Assembly: GCA_015680685.1 (NCBI GenBank)
Contig: MNCI01002704.1
Coordinates: forward strand, 112,701-176,700
Length of the DNA stretch: 64,000 nucleotides
From: Gnetum montanum
Lineage: Eukaryota; Plantae; Gnetophyta
Direction of reading: 5' to 3'
The translations under genes were made by a program, and so were the position numbers. The notes below the pieces were generated by a model that did not search any database, was not told the DNA's origin, and worked only from the letters and a program-made list of their open reading frames with translations. This document shows positions 12,467 to 25,558 of this stretch, piece by piece. How positions within the stretch are numbered: the first letter of the stretch is position 1; every line of letters begins with the position of its first letter.

Positions 12467-15400
12467 ATGTCTTTCCCACAATTAACCAAATTGGCTCTCA
12501 AATATATCAACAATGGGTCTAATCAACAATATGTGAGGGTTTATGACCCAAGATATCCTATAGTGATTAAATGTAGATAGTCCCTAAGACTTAGAGGGGA
12601 AAGTATTGGATTCTTGGCAATAAATGAAGAGCAATATAACCTCATTTGCACCAAGATCTCAGTTAGCATGCTAATTCCATGAGCAAAAGCAAAATCTAAG
12701 GGAATTTGAGCTCATCCATTGCAATGGGAAGGAGAATATTCCCTCCCCCTATGACCAGATACCCCTTAATGACATCTATGGTAACATCTTAGTCCTTCTC
12801 ATTGAGGTTGACAAAGGTAACTAGAAGGCTACCTCCAATGGACAACTAGATGAGGAAGATGAATTTAGGGCAAAGTTTGAGCTTAAGAATATTTTAGGGG
12901 ACTCTTCCAAGAAGGGACCCCCAAGGCCATACTGCTCACCTCTAGCCCCTTGGTCTCTTTCATTAGACATATCCCATCACCTTTGTCCCCACCATACTTG
13001 ACCATGTTTGGATCCATGCTAGTCATCACCATGCACTAAGAACAATAAGTGTCATAATCAACCACCTACCATTTCTCCATGCAACTTGACACCCAACCTA
13101 GGTTAGTATGAACAAAGTTAGTAGTGTTTATTACCACTAATCTATTGACCAATAAAGTGGGGCCCATAATGGAACCTCAAGCAACCTAGAAGTCACATAC
13201 CCCCTTTGTTCTCTTTGTGGTCTAGATATTAATGTAAACATCTTTCTCCTTATTTGGCCCATAGACCATAGCCATGATGCAACCTCTCCCCTTTATCTTA
13301 CAGCTAATAGCTAGACCACAAGCCTCACAACAAATATCCTAGTCGTTTGTGCAAACCTTGTAGCCTATAGGGGCATCATAAGGCCTTGATCAGGCCTTCC
13401 AGTTGATCCAAGACCTAATGAATGATTTTAAGAGGCGTAAGACCTCTACTTCCCAAAGTCTCAAGATTATGGACTTTTACCAAGATGATCCAATCAATCC
13501 TATGATCCCACCCTTGACACTTCATCCTAGTGTTCCTATCCCTTAATTTAGTAAGTATAATGAAGAAGGTAATTTCAATGCTCTCCTTATAACCTTTTGA
13601 TCCTAGTGCTTACTACTACAATCATGACTGCATACTATAATGAGAATATTTCCTATGTCCTTAACTAGAAAAGCACTTGATTGGTATTTTTTCCTACCCA
13701 TAGGATCCATATCATAGTCCAATTCATTAATCACTTCAAGTACAACTTGAAGCCCAATACTATGCTTAACCAACTAATGAAGGTCAAGTAGGGAGCCCTT
13801 GAGCTAGTGCACAAGTTCATCCAAAGGTGGAACATTTTGCTAAATAATATACCATGGCCTATAGTCAAAACCCACCTTTTGGATATATTCAAGTGGGAAG
13901 TTAATGATTTCATTAAATCCAAGCTATGCTATCTTGATCCATGAACACTTAGTCATGCATTCTTCTTGATCAAGAACATGAAGGATGCTATGGAAGCAAT
14001 TCATGATCCACAATATGTGGCATACAAAAATCAACATACACTAAGGGACAAGAAGAGGAGTAAATAAAATAATGTGATTGTAGAAATAGTGACCAAAGAG
14101 ACCAAAACCACTAAGTAGGGGGCCAATGAACAACCCATCAAAGGCCCATACCAATAACTCAGATAATTGTCCATCAACCTCTGAGGCCATCACATAAACA
14201 ATAATCAGACCCAACTTTGAAAGGAAGGACAAGTCTAAATATACTAGGCTATGGTTAAAACCATCTAAGCTACTAGACCAAGTATTAAAAAGTGGATGTA
14301 TTTAATACAAGAAAATGACCAAAGCTTCCCAAGTGAAGCATGATAGGCTATGTGAAATAGGCAAGGATCCCACTCAAGGAAAAAAAGATGATTCAAAACT
14401 ACCTAAATATTTTAAGTTAGACCACTTTTTCCACTATCACCAACTACCTAGTCATGACATAGAATTCTACATTGCATTGAAGGATGACTTGTAGAAGATG
14501 ATAGATAGGAGAAAGCTTGTTCTAGATGCATCCAAAGCTATCTGACCATTAAACCAATCGATGTAGGTGTATAAGAACCAGTTGAATGCTAATAATGCTA
14601 CATACATTATATTGGCATTCAACGTAGATGATAATTGGATACCCACGAGGGAACCATTACGATTCAAGTATCCCCTCATGATGAAAATGCTTCTTTAGCT
14701 TTCACTAGCTCAAGATTCCTCTTTTTCATGAGAGTAACATCATGAATGCTTCAATTTTCGTTAGGATGCACCACTACACTATAGCTCAACTAGTTGCAAC
14801 AATTGAATAGAAGACTCCTATGGTGGCTAGAGCCACATCTTCTAATTTTAACACAATTGAAAACAACCAAAAATCCTTAACCAAGAAAAGGAAGAAGCAT
14901 AAGTAAAATCCTAATAACAAGGGTGACAAGAAGATTTAGGCACTAAAGGAAGTGGACCCACCAAAGCCCACTCTGATATCATCAATACCCATAACCTCCT
15001 CTCTCCAACTTACCTCAACCAGCAAATCATAAGGGGACCCCAAAACCCAAAGCTAAAAGAAAGAGGAGAGATCCCAACAGTAACAACCAAAGGCTAAAGT
15101 TCATATTTTGGGGTGCATGGAGGAAGTAAAGCACCACTAAGGTGACAAGCCCATGGCCAATCAAAAAAACTTCCTCAATGCAATGAAATAGGTTAAATAG
15201 TTTCTAAAATAAAAGAATAAAAGTTTTATCCTATACAACTTGATCATGACTTCTACTACACATCATGAAGTGCTAGTCAAGATGTTGACCTCCATCCCCA
15301 TTAGTGATGACATAATTACTAATGAGAAATCCATCCATCCATCCATGCAGTGATGATTCCTGCTTCATTGAGGGAGTATAAGTCAATGTAACTAGTATTT

Positions 15401-16163
15401 TATGATAGTGAAACCAAGGCTAATCCCTAAAATTGTGAGCTAACTGAAGCATGTCTTTTCATAACCATGTTCATAGGACAATATAAGGTGAACAAGATGC
15501 ATGTAGATGATGGAGCTACAACAAACGTCATCCCATGCATCATTGTTGAGAGGTTAGGCTTGATAGAGTAAATAAAACATACATAAATAGCTATTATCAA
15601 GTCCCTCAATGAATCAAGGGTTGCTGTCAAGGGATCTATCTCCTTATATTTTGTGGTAGTGGAGAAATTCCTGACTATAGTATATTTCTTAGTGGTTGAG
15701 GAGATGCCAAGAGTTAACCTTATCTTGGGAAGACCTTAGTTGGCTCAGTTATGAGCTGTGTCCTTACCCATCCATTAAGAGAATCATCTTCCTTATGAGG
15801 AAGGTGAAATCATCATTCATGGTGATCATGTGGTGCCCTTGGTTATTAACAACATGGACATAAAGTAGGGATCTAAAGTATAGTGTCAAGAAGAATCTCT
15901 GAGCCTCAAAATCCAACAACCTAAGAGAGAGGAGAAAGCCAATAATGACAACAATGGGTAGTGGGATGCATTATGGGATGAACTTCCTCTTAACATCGTC
16001 AGTGAATGGGATGGCTAATATAAACTTTTGTAGTGTAGAGCTTACACATTTCCTAATCTTTCAAAGATTAGGAAAAGTTTGCACAAGTGAAGTACACCTT
16101 GACCCTTCCACCTCATGCCCTTACAACCATATAACAATATGTACAAATAGGCATGTAGCCTAG
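12467..16163 (+). pseudogene. gag: gag-protease of B1, disrupted
   Basis: Capsid FSKYNEEGN..IMRIFPMSLTRKALDWY (~13545-13690); Tat knuckle HYHQLPSHD (~14430); protease MHVDDGATTNVIP (~15500) and NLILGRP (~15715). The ATG aligns with 52248. Confidence 0.85.
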
Positions 16164-16422
16164 ATTTTCATTGTTGACCTATTATGCCTTTTTGTGTACT
16201 TTATCTTATTCTTTTGTGCATGAAGCCTAAAATTTTACTTTCATTTTCATTTTCATTTATCTCTTTCTTTACTGTTGTACATGTTGTAAACATCAAAAGC
16301 CCTATAAAGATTTCAAAACTAGAAAATCCATAAAAATTTTAAAATGGAAAAAAATTACCAAAAATAAAAGTTTCCTTTTAACGAGGACCCACCATATCCT
16401 AAAGTTGCCAAAACCCAAGGCT

Positions 16423-16538
16423 TACCAAGGCCTAAAACTAGCAAAACTATGGCTTGCCAAGGTCTTAAACGAGTACCATAGTTTGCTAAGACTTTAGACT
16501 AGCACTAAAGATGTGGCCCACCATGGCTTAAAACTAGA
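16423..16538 (+). repeat. Four spaced copies of a GCYA-N-TAAACTRGCA motif
   Basis: Examples ACCAAGGCCTAAAACTAGCA and GCTAAGACTTTAGACTAGCA. Same motif as 25340-25421 and 29079-29425. Confidence 0.65.
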
Positions 16539-16944
16539 ATGTAATCCTTATCCTATGGCCATTCATAATCTTATAGTCTAAGCATTTTCAACATAGCCAA
16601 TGTAGCCATCAGTAGCATAGCCTCGCTTACAACATTTATAACCTTAAAATCTTAAAGTAGTAAAGCCATCAAAAACATATATACCCAAAATTAAAAGCAA
16701 AACTTAAAATTTAAAAAATTTAAAAATAGTGTATATAGGCATGGTGATATTATGTGACATAAATATTAAAGCAATAAACCATAAGTGTCAAAATTCCTAC
16801 AACTTAAGCATCAACCGATATGGGCCATGAAACATCCAACATAAAATAATCTAAACAAAAATCATCAAAAAAAGCTATCATATAATGCATCTAGTGGTGC
16901 CAAGAGAGCATTTATAGGGAGAGTAGGTGGTGTTTCATCATTAT

Positions 16945-18656
16945 TGAAACACCACCAAATTTGCGCTACTGCTTTTGGGCTAAAAATTAATCTAAGTGTC
17001 AACATGAGGCCACTTTTAGCAAATTTTTCTATGTGCTAGGACTATGCTCTCCACTACACCAGAGCATAGTCAGCCCAATGAAGAGCATAGTCAGCATCAA
17101 AGATAGATTTCCTACAATTTTGTCTAAGTGTCAATGTGAAGCAAGAAGCTACAAATTTTTCTAAGTGTTGGGACTATGCTCTCCACTACACCAGAGTGTA
17201 GTTAGCTCAGTAGAGAGCATAATCAATACCAAAGGCCAGTTTTGCAAATTTTCTATAGTGTTAAGCTAGTAGTTGTAGAGCCTGATGTGCATGGAAGAAA
17301 TAGTTTGGCAAAGACTACACTCTCCATTTCTTGGGAGCATAGTCAAGTATAGTTAGCAGTGAAGATTTAGATTTTTGTAGTTTTTTCTAATTATTGAGAC
17401 TATGCTCTTCACTACCTTAGAGGATAGTTGAGTGTAGTCAACTAGAAGCCTAATTTCTATAGAAATTTCTAAGTGCTAGGACTATGCTTAACCCTAGTTG
17501 GGATCATAGTTAGCCTCCCCTAGAGCATAGTTAGGACATGGTCCTATGGGAATACTCTCTTCCCCAATCTAGAGTGTAGTCAAGCATAGTCATGCCAAAT
17601 TGCCTTTAAAGGCCTCCTAAACATAGCACTGGCATTCACATAATCTCTGACACACCTTGGGCAAGCATTTGCATCTTTTTTCATCCCCTTTCCCCCCCTT
17701 TTTTGTAACTATGGTTGACACCACTTAAGATAAAGGACAACATAGTCCTAGAGTGTAGTCTCCAAACTTGCATTTTTTGCATTTTTGTTAGGTACATTGT
17801 GGTCTTTTTGATACATGAGCATGTAGTGGGTAGTGTAGTGATAGTCTGACATTCTCGTAGAGTCCATTGGGGCACACTAGAGCATAACATCACTTGCTTT
17901 AGTGGAAAGCATAGTTGGGTATAGTGTAGTCCCAACTATCCCACTACCACATGGAAACTGATCCACATTTCACTGGAAACCTAGCCCTATAAATATCCCA
18001 GTCCTCTATGTTTTAGGGGTTGGAAAATTTGAAGCAAGCTTGGCATTTTGGCATTTGGCATTGCTAAAGCATTTTTTGCATTTGAGCAAGGGAGGACATT
18101 CAAACACCACTGTAGTTCGTCATAGTCTACCGTAGTCCACTGCACCCCACGATGGCCAATCCAATAGGCATAGACACTATGGAAAAACATCTATCCTCAT
18201 GGGCAGACACCCCAAGACTATGACTACATTGTCTACTATACCTATTGTACACCATGTACCTTTCTCACCCCATTTGAGTTTATCTATGCTCAACCCCATT
18301 TGGGGTGGTGCTGCTTTCTCTCTCACTCTCTCCCTATGCATTTTTTAGCATTTTTATTCACATTTTGACATTTTACTTCCATTTTTCACAATTCTTGCAT
18401 GTAACTATGCATTGATGCCTTTTGTTTTTGGTGGAAACCGTTAACTATGCTTGCCACTATTGACACCATGAACACTGCGTAAACACTTAACATCATTACA
18501 ACATTGCATTTTGTAAGTCTTCTTTTGATCGATAAGACTATTTTGGGCATCCCATCTCTACCTCCAATAGGCCCTCACATGGACACAAGGTCAAAGCTAT
18601 GCCCCTGTGAACCTCTTGGTGCTTCCATTCCAACCACCAACATTTTCAGTCACTAA
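16945..18656 (+). repeat. 5' LTR of C
   Basis: End-to-end direct repeat of 30812-32513. TATAAAT at ~17988. Many GACTAYRCTC/GAGYRTAGTC motifs. Confidence 0.95.
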
Positions 18657-18662
18657 GTTTTC

Positions 18663-18679
18663 TAGTGCTAGAAGGAGGG
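18663..18679 (+). other. Primer-binding site, tRNA-Asn type (element C)
   Basis: TAGTGCTAGAAGGAGGG, 6 nt after the LTR end. Confidence 0.8.
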
Positions 18680-18979
18680 CCAAATCTATTTCCATCTTTC
18701 TAACTTCCTTGGTCATTACCTTACATGCTCTCTACCTCACCATTACTAGCTCTAGGTTAGTGTAGATCCAACACCCCTATGGACCTGCTCCATGCAGTAG
18801 TTGGATCTTAGGCTAGCATAGGCATTGCCTACAAACTAGTTGATGAAGACTAGACCCCATCATTGGTTTCTCTGGATCCCCACAATGCAACCCCAAAGCA
18901 TCCTTTCCTACACTTAGCTAAGTTCTAGGCTCTCAATAGAGAGCATATTTTTCTCTCAACATGGGGAGCATACTCTCTA

Positions 18980-19180
18980 GACTTAGCCATCTTTTTACGA
19001 TTTTCAAAACTTACCCATTTTTTGTGATTTTCAAGACTTACCTATTTTTTTGAAAGTTAGTCAATTTTTCATAGTTTTCATACTTGGCTAATTTTTTGCA
19101 TTTTTCATAGTTAGCTATTTTTCACATGTCTTAGTACTTAGCCATTTTTTCAACAATTTTCAAAGTTAGCTATTTTTCTT
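18980..19180 (+). repeat. Degenerate ~28-30 bp tandem repeat in the 5' UTR of C
   Basis: About 7 units of (AC/AG)TTAGCYATTTTT..TTTTCA. Confidence 0.65.
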
Positions 19181-19227
19181 TCTCTTACACTATGAACTCT
19201 AAGCAACCTTTAGTGTTAGTTTCAAAC

Positions 19228-21190
19228 ATGCTTTTTTCCTTGCCTACGCAACAAGAGGATAGAATCGACCACTCTACTAGTCCCACCATAGTAGAACCAA
19301 GGTAGTCCCTTAGGCTACATCACTAAGAGCCTAACTACATGATGCTCAATGACAAGCAATATAAATTCATTTGTGCAAAGCTCCAAGAAGGTCTATTTGT
19401 AGACTGCCTAGACATGGAGGCAAAGATAAGTTATGAGCTCATACATTAAAATGGACAGAAGTACATCCCTTCTTCCATTACCTTCATCCCACTCACCAAG
19501 CCCTATTAATGGATGCTTTCCCAGCTCATCAAAATGAATAAGCATGAGGTAGGGATAGATTACAAAGAACCCTTGCAAAAAGAGCAAGATAAGTTCGAAT
19601 CTTGTTTTGAGCATTATGACTCTTTTCATACCTCCTTCCAATAGAAAACCCCCAATTTTGTTCCTTCGCAGTCCCACCCATTGGTCACCTTAGAGATAGT
19701 TATAGCTCCAATGTCACCCCCTCAGTTGACACTTCTGGTGGCAACCCACCAAATGCACTACATATGTCAAGACATGGTGCCTCCCATCAATGTGCCCTTT
19801 GTGATATAATCATAGCTTGTCCAATCTTCCTTGCCAACGATTGTCATGCCTACATAGCCTTACATCCCTTAGCCTCAAATGATCCAATCATAGTATGTCC
19901 TACTTTTCTTGTATACACCATTGGTAGTGGCCCAGACCACACATCTATGGTTTACCTTGATCACTTTAACCATATCTTCGCCTACCCAATAAGCATCCCA
20001 TGTGGTTTCATAACCCATAGCCAAGTCCTGGGCCACCCAACTAGCATAGTGGGTGACACAATCAACATAGCCTACTACTACATCTCCAAGCTTGGATTAG
20101 GCTTCTAGCTAATCCAAACCTTAACTAAAGAAGTCAAGAAACTCAAGGTTGCCTCCTCTAAAATAGTCCACAATGCAAACAATGACTATGAGCCCTAGCA
20201 CCATAATAATGAACTAACCTACATCATCAACAACCACAACACAAATAGCTCTGAGACCCAAATTTGAGCACAAGGATCACTCAAAGTACACCCCATTGCC
20301 CCTTAAGCCATTAGAGCTCCTAGATGAACTGCTCAAGGCTAGATGCATCTAGTATAAGAAAATGTCTAAGAATCCATGCCAAAGACATGATAGATACTAT
20401 GATCTCCTAAGAAATCCCTTGGCTATAGCCCTGAATGAGCCTGTAGTCCCTAAGCACTTTAGGCTAGATTAGGTTTGCACCTATCATTAGTTGCTTGGCT
20501 ATAGCACTAACTTTTGCATGGCCTTGTAGGATGGCTTGTAATTCATGATTGATAGGGGTGAGATGGTGCTTAATGTTACCAATCCAGTTCACCCACAAAA
20601 TCAATCCATGAGGGTATACAAAGATCCTCTTAATGTAAATGACACAAGGTACACCATCAACACTCATTGATGATAACCAAGAATAGGTGTAGTGGCCATT
20701 TGTAGTCTGCATGTCCTTTTGTAACATAGGGGCCCCCTCAACGTCCATGAGTTCAAGGCCCTATTTTATCATTAGAGTGCCACCTTAGGCACCCACGATA
20801 CCTTTTGTGGTTAGGGTTGCATAGCACATTGTAGTAGTAATAGTCTAGTCACCCTTTTTCATTAAGGTGCTAAAATATGTTGTTTCTTCATCTACTTGTA
20901 GTCTAGTGGTGGGCAACATGTTAGCCCCTTTTCCAAGGGTGAATCCCATAGGCAACATTAATAGACAATCTAAGTGGAAATCCAAGAGGCCTAACAAGCA
21001 CTTAGCTGATAAGATGATTAGGCAATGTTAGGAGTAGAAGCTGCTAGGTCTATCCAAACTAGTTCCCTTGTCTACAATTCCCATGGCCAAATCAAGTAAA
21101 GAGGCCACCACTAGTAGGCAACAACCAAGCACTAAGGCTCCAAAATAGGCTAGGAAAACCAAGCCTAGGTTCCCTCCATGAGGCAATCGA
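19228..21190 (+). pseudogene. gag: gag of C with internal deletions (capsid core and protease missing)
   Basis: N-terminus homologous to B1/B2 gag; knuckle CTYH*LLGYSTNFC (~20477). The sequence jumps from the pre-capsid region to RPKFE without the capsid motifs. Confidence 0.7.
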
Positions 21191-21296
21191 CACATATGCA
21201 TAACACATTAGCATAGTAGTATAACATAACACAAAAACATGAAAACATAAACATATAAAATATAATAAATGCATCTAGCAAGTTACATGACACTAA

Positions 21297-23161
21297 CCTA
21301 CAACCTTTGTATGCAAACTTTGAAACTTGATTCAAATCTTCTTGCTACTTAGCTTCCCAGCCTTAGGAGTAGCCTCCTCCATAGCAATCTACCTTAGCCA
21401 CATCCCTAGTGCCAACTGGGGTGCCTCACCTAACCCTTGGTCATTACTAATAATGAATCATCAATCTCCTTTGGGGGGTCCTATGCCCATGTGATCATAA
21501 ACAAGTGCTTAACACATGGATTTGAGAGTTGCTTATGGTCCTATGCCACCCAACACCCATCATCACGTATGACCAATAGCTCTGCAAACCTTCGTAGGTA
21601 TCCTACAAAGAATGCAAAGTGAACATGCGATCTTGCCTAGATGTTAAATCATAGCCAGGAGATCCACACATGTAAGCCAATCATACTATAGGTAGCTTAG
21701 TTGAACCTTGTGCCCTCCAATAGCACCTCTATCATCACCTACACCTACTCCACCCCAAGGATCTTTCCTTGAGAGAGTAGCTTCAGAAAGGTGCACACAC
21801 AAAAAAGAGGTTAGAGCACTCTCACCTTGGGCACAAGCAAATCCTTGATTGGTATGCCCTTATGAGATTGGGTGGCTCCCAACTAGTCCTTGATCTCTCC
21901 TTTATGGTCCACCTCCTTATTGGCCTTATCAATGATTAATGGGCCATTAGTTGAAATTCCAATGAGGTTAACAAAAAATTCCTCATTGAGGTTGAGCACT
22001 ACCTCACATTATGAACAAAGGCAACAAACAAGTGGACATCACTGCTGAAGGAGTCAATGATGGTGACCATTTCATCCACCATAATACTCAAGCTAAGGGC
22101 CCAAAATAGGTCCATCAACCGTACTTATGTGAGCCTAGATATCACTGCATCTAAGGCCTTTTGGCATAACCAATGCTACATACCCTCCACATCACCATAT
22201 TTCATAATCAAGATGGCCTTTGTGCAACTTGTGGTGGTCATCATCACCTTGCCTAAAGTAATTACTGTTACAACAAAGGCAAAGCAAAGTTAGCATCATG
22301 TGAAAGGAAAAATAATATGTACACATGAGCAAGAACATAAGTTAAAGATTAGAAGCATATGTGGCACAAACAATGTGTGAGGTGGGGGTGGCACCTCAAC
22401 ATTGATGTTGAGCATACTAGTGATCCACTCCTCATCTAGCCAATCATGGGCCTTGCACCACTGATACATCCTCAAGTAGTGGTTAGGGTAGGCTTCAAAA
22501 TCAAATCCCACTTGCTCAAGAATAGCTTTCCAAACATTCAATCTAGAAGAGAACACTTCTAGGGTGGTGCAAGTCAAAGCTAGAGCATTTGTCTCATCAT
22601 GTAGACCCTTCTCATCAACTATGAATCTAGTATTAAGCATGAGCTGTTAGCAAAATAGCATGAGTAAGTAGTAAGAAATAATACTATGAAAGTTATAAAA
22701 GTACTTACCCTCCAACACAGTAGATAGTTCTAGGTGGGTTCTAGAACATGGTGCGCACTCGCATAACAACAAAGAGGATGTTGCTCTTGTTGTAGCAACT
22801 AAACCCTATGATGCACCAAATCTTGAACAGGTATTGAGCATTCCTTAGACCTCTAGATAAACAACCTATCCCATCATCACTAGTAGCAAGCTCATCAGAC
22901 ATGAACCTCAAGATGTCCTAGTTAACTCCATGCAACAATATCTCAATGATGGGACTAGTAGCCTCCATCACTGACTATGGTCACATGACCACACTAAAAT
23001 GTTGTAGCAAGTACCCTAGGAACTCATGAGCCCTTGGCCAAAACCACATTACTTGCTGACCTACCCACATATCTAGTGTATGCATGTTGAGAATAGGCTT
23101 TCTCATGTAGCACAAGATGCACACTAGCTCCACAGCAATCACGATAGGCTTCAATAGCACT
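21297..23161 (-). pseudogene. Antisense spliced accessory gene, copy C (FCP1/NIF-like exon 22709-23161; 3' exons deleted)
   Basis: LKPIVIAVELVCILC..WFWPRAHEFLGYLLQHFSVVM..YNKSNILFVV..NPPRTIY. GT-AG intron 22627-22708 with CTAAC. Homologous to the B1 and B2 copies. Confidence 0.75.
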
Positions 23162-25339
23162 TTACAAAAAATAAGCAATAAACAAAGTGTTAGTATACAT
23201 ACATAGATGCAAATTTTGACATAAAACCTTTAAATTAAGTCTAGAAAAATTAACATAGATTAGCAAAATTTTTGATTTTGGTAGTTCCCTTTGGGACCCA
23301 GTGGGTATAGGATGTCAAATAATACATTTGACACACCTGGTACTCACTGGGCTATAGCATGTTTTGCATAGGATTAGCATTCCATCTTACATGTTTCTAC
23401 ATGTTTAGCATTGTTGCAGTTTGCATGTCTTAGAAGTTTGACATCATTACAGTTTTCATGTTTTCACAAGCTTAGCATTGTTACAATCCATAAGTTTAGC
23501 ATTGTTTTAGGTTTTTCATTTTGCATTGTTATGATTCGCAAGTCTAGCATTACACACGATTTACATAATTTCTTTCTAAAATTTTTTCTAGCTATGGATA
23601 ACATAGTCCGAAAAGTTGTAAAAGAAAATTCTAACTTTGGATGGTATCAATGGAGAGTATAGTCCAAAAATAGGGTAATTTTTTCTAACTTAGATCACCT
23701 TAACTATGCGTTGGAAAGTAGGAAGCATAGTCCCAGATTGCTAAAAAAGTTTCTTAACTCCTAATTGCGCTCTACATAGGGTGTAGTCCTAAAAAAAATA
23801 ATAGTTTGGAAAACATCATTTTGATAAATACTTGGTGTCAACTATGCCTCCACGATAGAGATCATAGTCCTAGTTATGACCTACAAGGAGCAAGGTCTTG
23901 ACTACCACCCAAATGCTCTCTCCATTCATTGTGCCCTACTGCAGAACCATGCATCATCCATTGCCATTTTCACCTCACTACACCCTACACACCCTACATC
24001 CCTCACCACTATTGGAAGAAGCACGTGCCAAGTTCCTACCATGGTTGTGGCCCCTATAGCTACAACCATGGCTACAGCCCTTATGCAACATCTCACACTA
24101 GCCCCCAAATTTTTAGGTAATTTTTTAATAAAAAACGTAGCAACATTCACCCTTGGTGCCAATCCCTCCCACTTGTGGTCTGTGTGGTCACATTGTGGGG
24201 TGCCTCATCCTTACACACCTCAGCCTCTTATGGCTCCTAATGTGCCTCGCCCCACCCTTAATTTTTGTTGAAAAAATGCAAAAATATACAAACCCCATGG
24301 TATCCTCTATTCTATATTTGACAACCTCTGGCCACCACCAGAATCTCAATCCTTGCACTACTCCTGCTTTTGTCATAGAAGAAAAAAATTTTCTAACATA
24401 AAATTTTTTTTCGATTCAAACCCTTGGAAACCATTAAAATCCATAGTTCCTATCCACTTTGCCCATTCCATAGCCTACCCAAGGAGAAAATGGAAAAAGA
24501 GGAAAAAGGAACAACAATAATGCCCAGAACCCTACAACCCCATAGCCCCACACATGCCCCTTATCAGAGCCTGTGGCCTTCCTATTTGTGGTTGTGCTAT
24601 CTACTGCTAAAGCCACAACCTTTAGAATCCATCCCATGACAAAATGCTCATTGCTAGAATTTCCATGCCCTTGCACATGCCCACCTATGTCCAAGGAAGA
24701 CCCTCATTACTGCAATAATAAAAACCCTTCCTAGTGCATGCCCTCCTAGTTCCAGTAGCCAAAATAAGCCACAACAATGGTGACCCCTACCATGGTAGGG
24801 CACCAACAACATCCACTCCCAAACCCTTAGTGTAGAATGCAAAAAAAAAAATGGCTAATGGAAGAGTGTACTTGGGGTACCTAGTAGACATTGACAACCT
24901 TCTTTCTTCCACAAGTTCTTATAGTAGGCACCCTAGTGCCCATTCCCCCTTGTCCGCATTGAGCAGTCTTGGGTGTAAGCATCCACTTCGGTGCATCATC
25001 GTTGTCCAACTATGATCTCTATTGGTGATGTGAAACAACTACAATGACAAGCCTATGCTTTAGATTTCATGTTTTATAAGTTTGAAAATGATAGCTTACC
25101 CATGGTAAAATGCACTTTTATACCCCTGAAATTCATTTAATGATCCATCTACTCAGGACTATGCTCCATACTTAGCCATAATTTTTAACTTTTTAGTGGG
25201 AGCATAGTTGGGTGAGAGTGTACTCACTTATACTTAGCTAAAATTTCTAACTTTTCATGGCCTAGTCAATGCCTTAGCCAATTTCACTTTCCAATCATAG
25301 TAAACCTTCCTTGAATTGATACCTTTGATGCACCCATGG

Positions 25340-25421
25340 TCCACTAAGACCTTAAACTGACACCAATGGTTTGCTAAGACCTAAACTGGCATGCATGGCT
25401 TGCCAAGGCCTAAAACTAGCA
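25340..25421 (+). repeat. Three copies of the GCYA-N-TAAACTRGCA motif upstream of pol
   Basis: GCTAAGACCTAAACTGGCA and GCCAAGGCCTAAAACTAGCA. Confidence 0.65.
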
Positions 25422-25558
25422 TACACAAATGCTTACTCTTCTCTATAGCCACTATTGTAAACTTAGGAAAATTTTCATTACATTTCATTTTATTCATTTA
25501 TGCATATTAACTTGGTTATGACAAGTGCCACTTAACATTTGCTTGGTTTATTTTGCAA

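Noticed and set aside
23876-24842. Cluster of overlapping ORFs on both strands
   Set aside because: C/A-skewed low-complexity sequence with few stops, no recognisable motifs and no protein-level match in B1 or B2.
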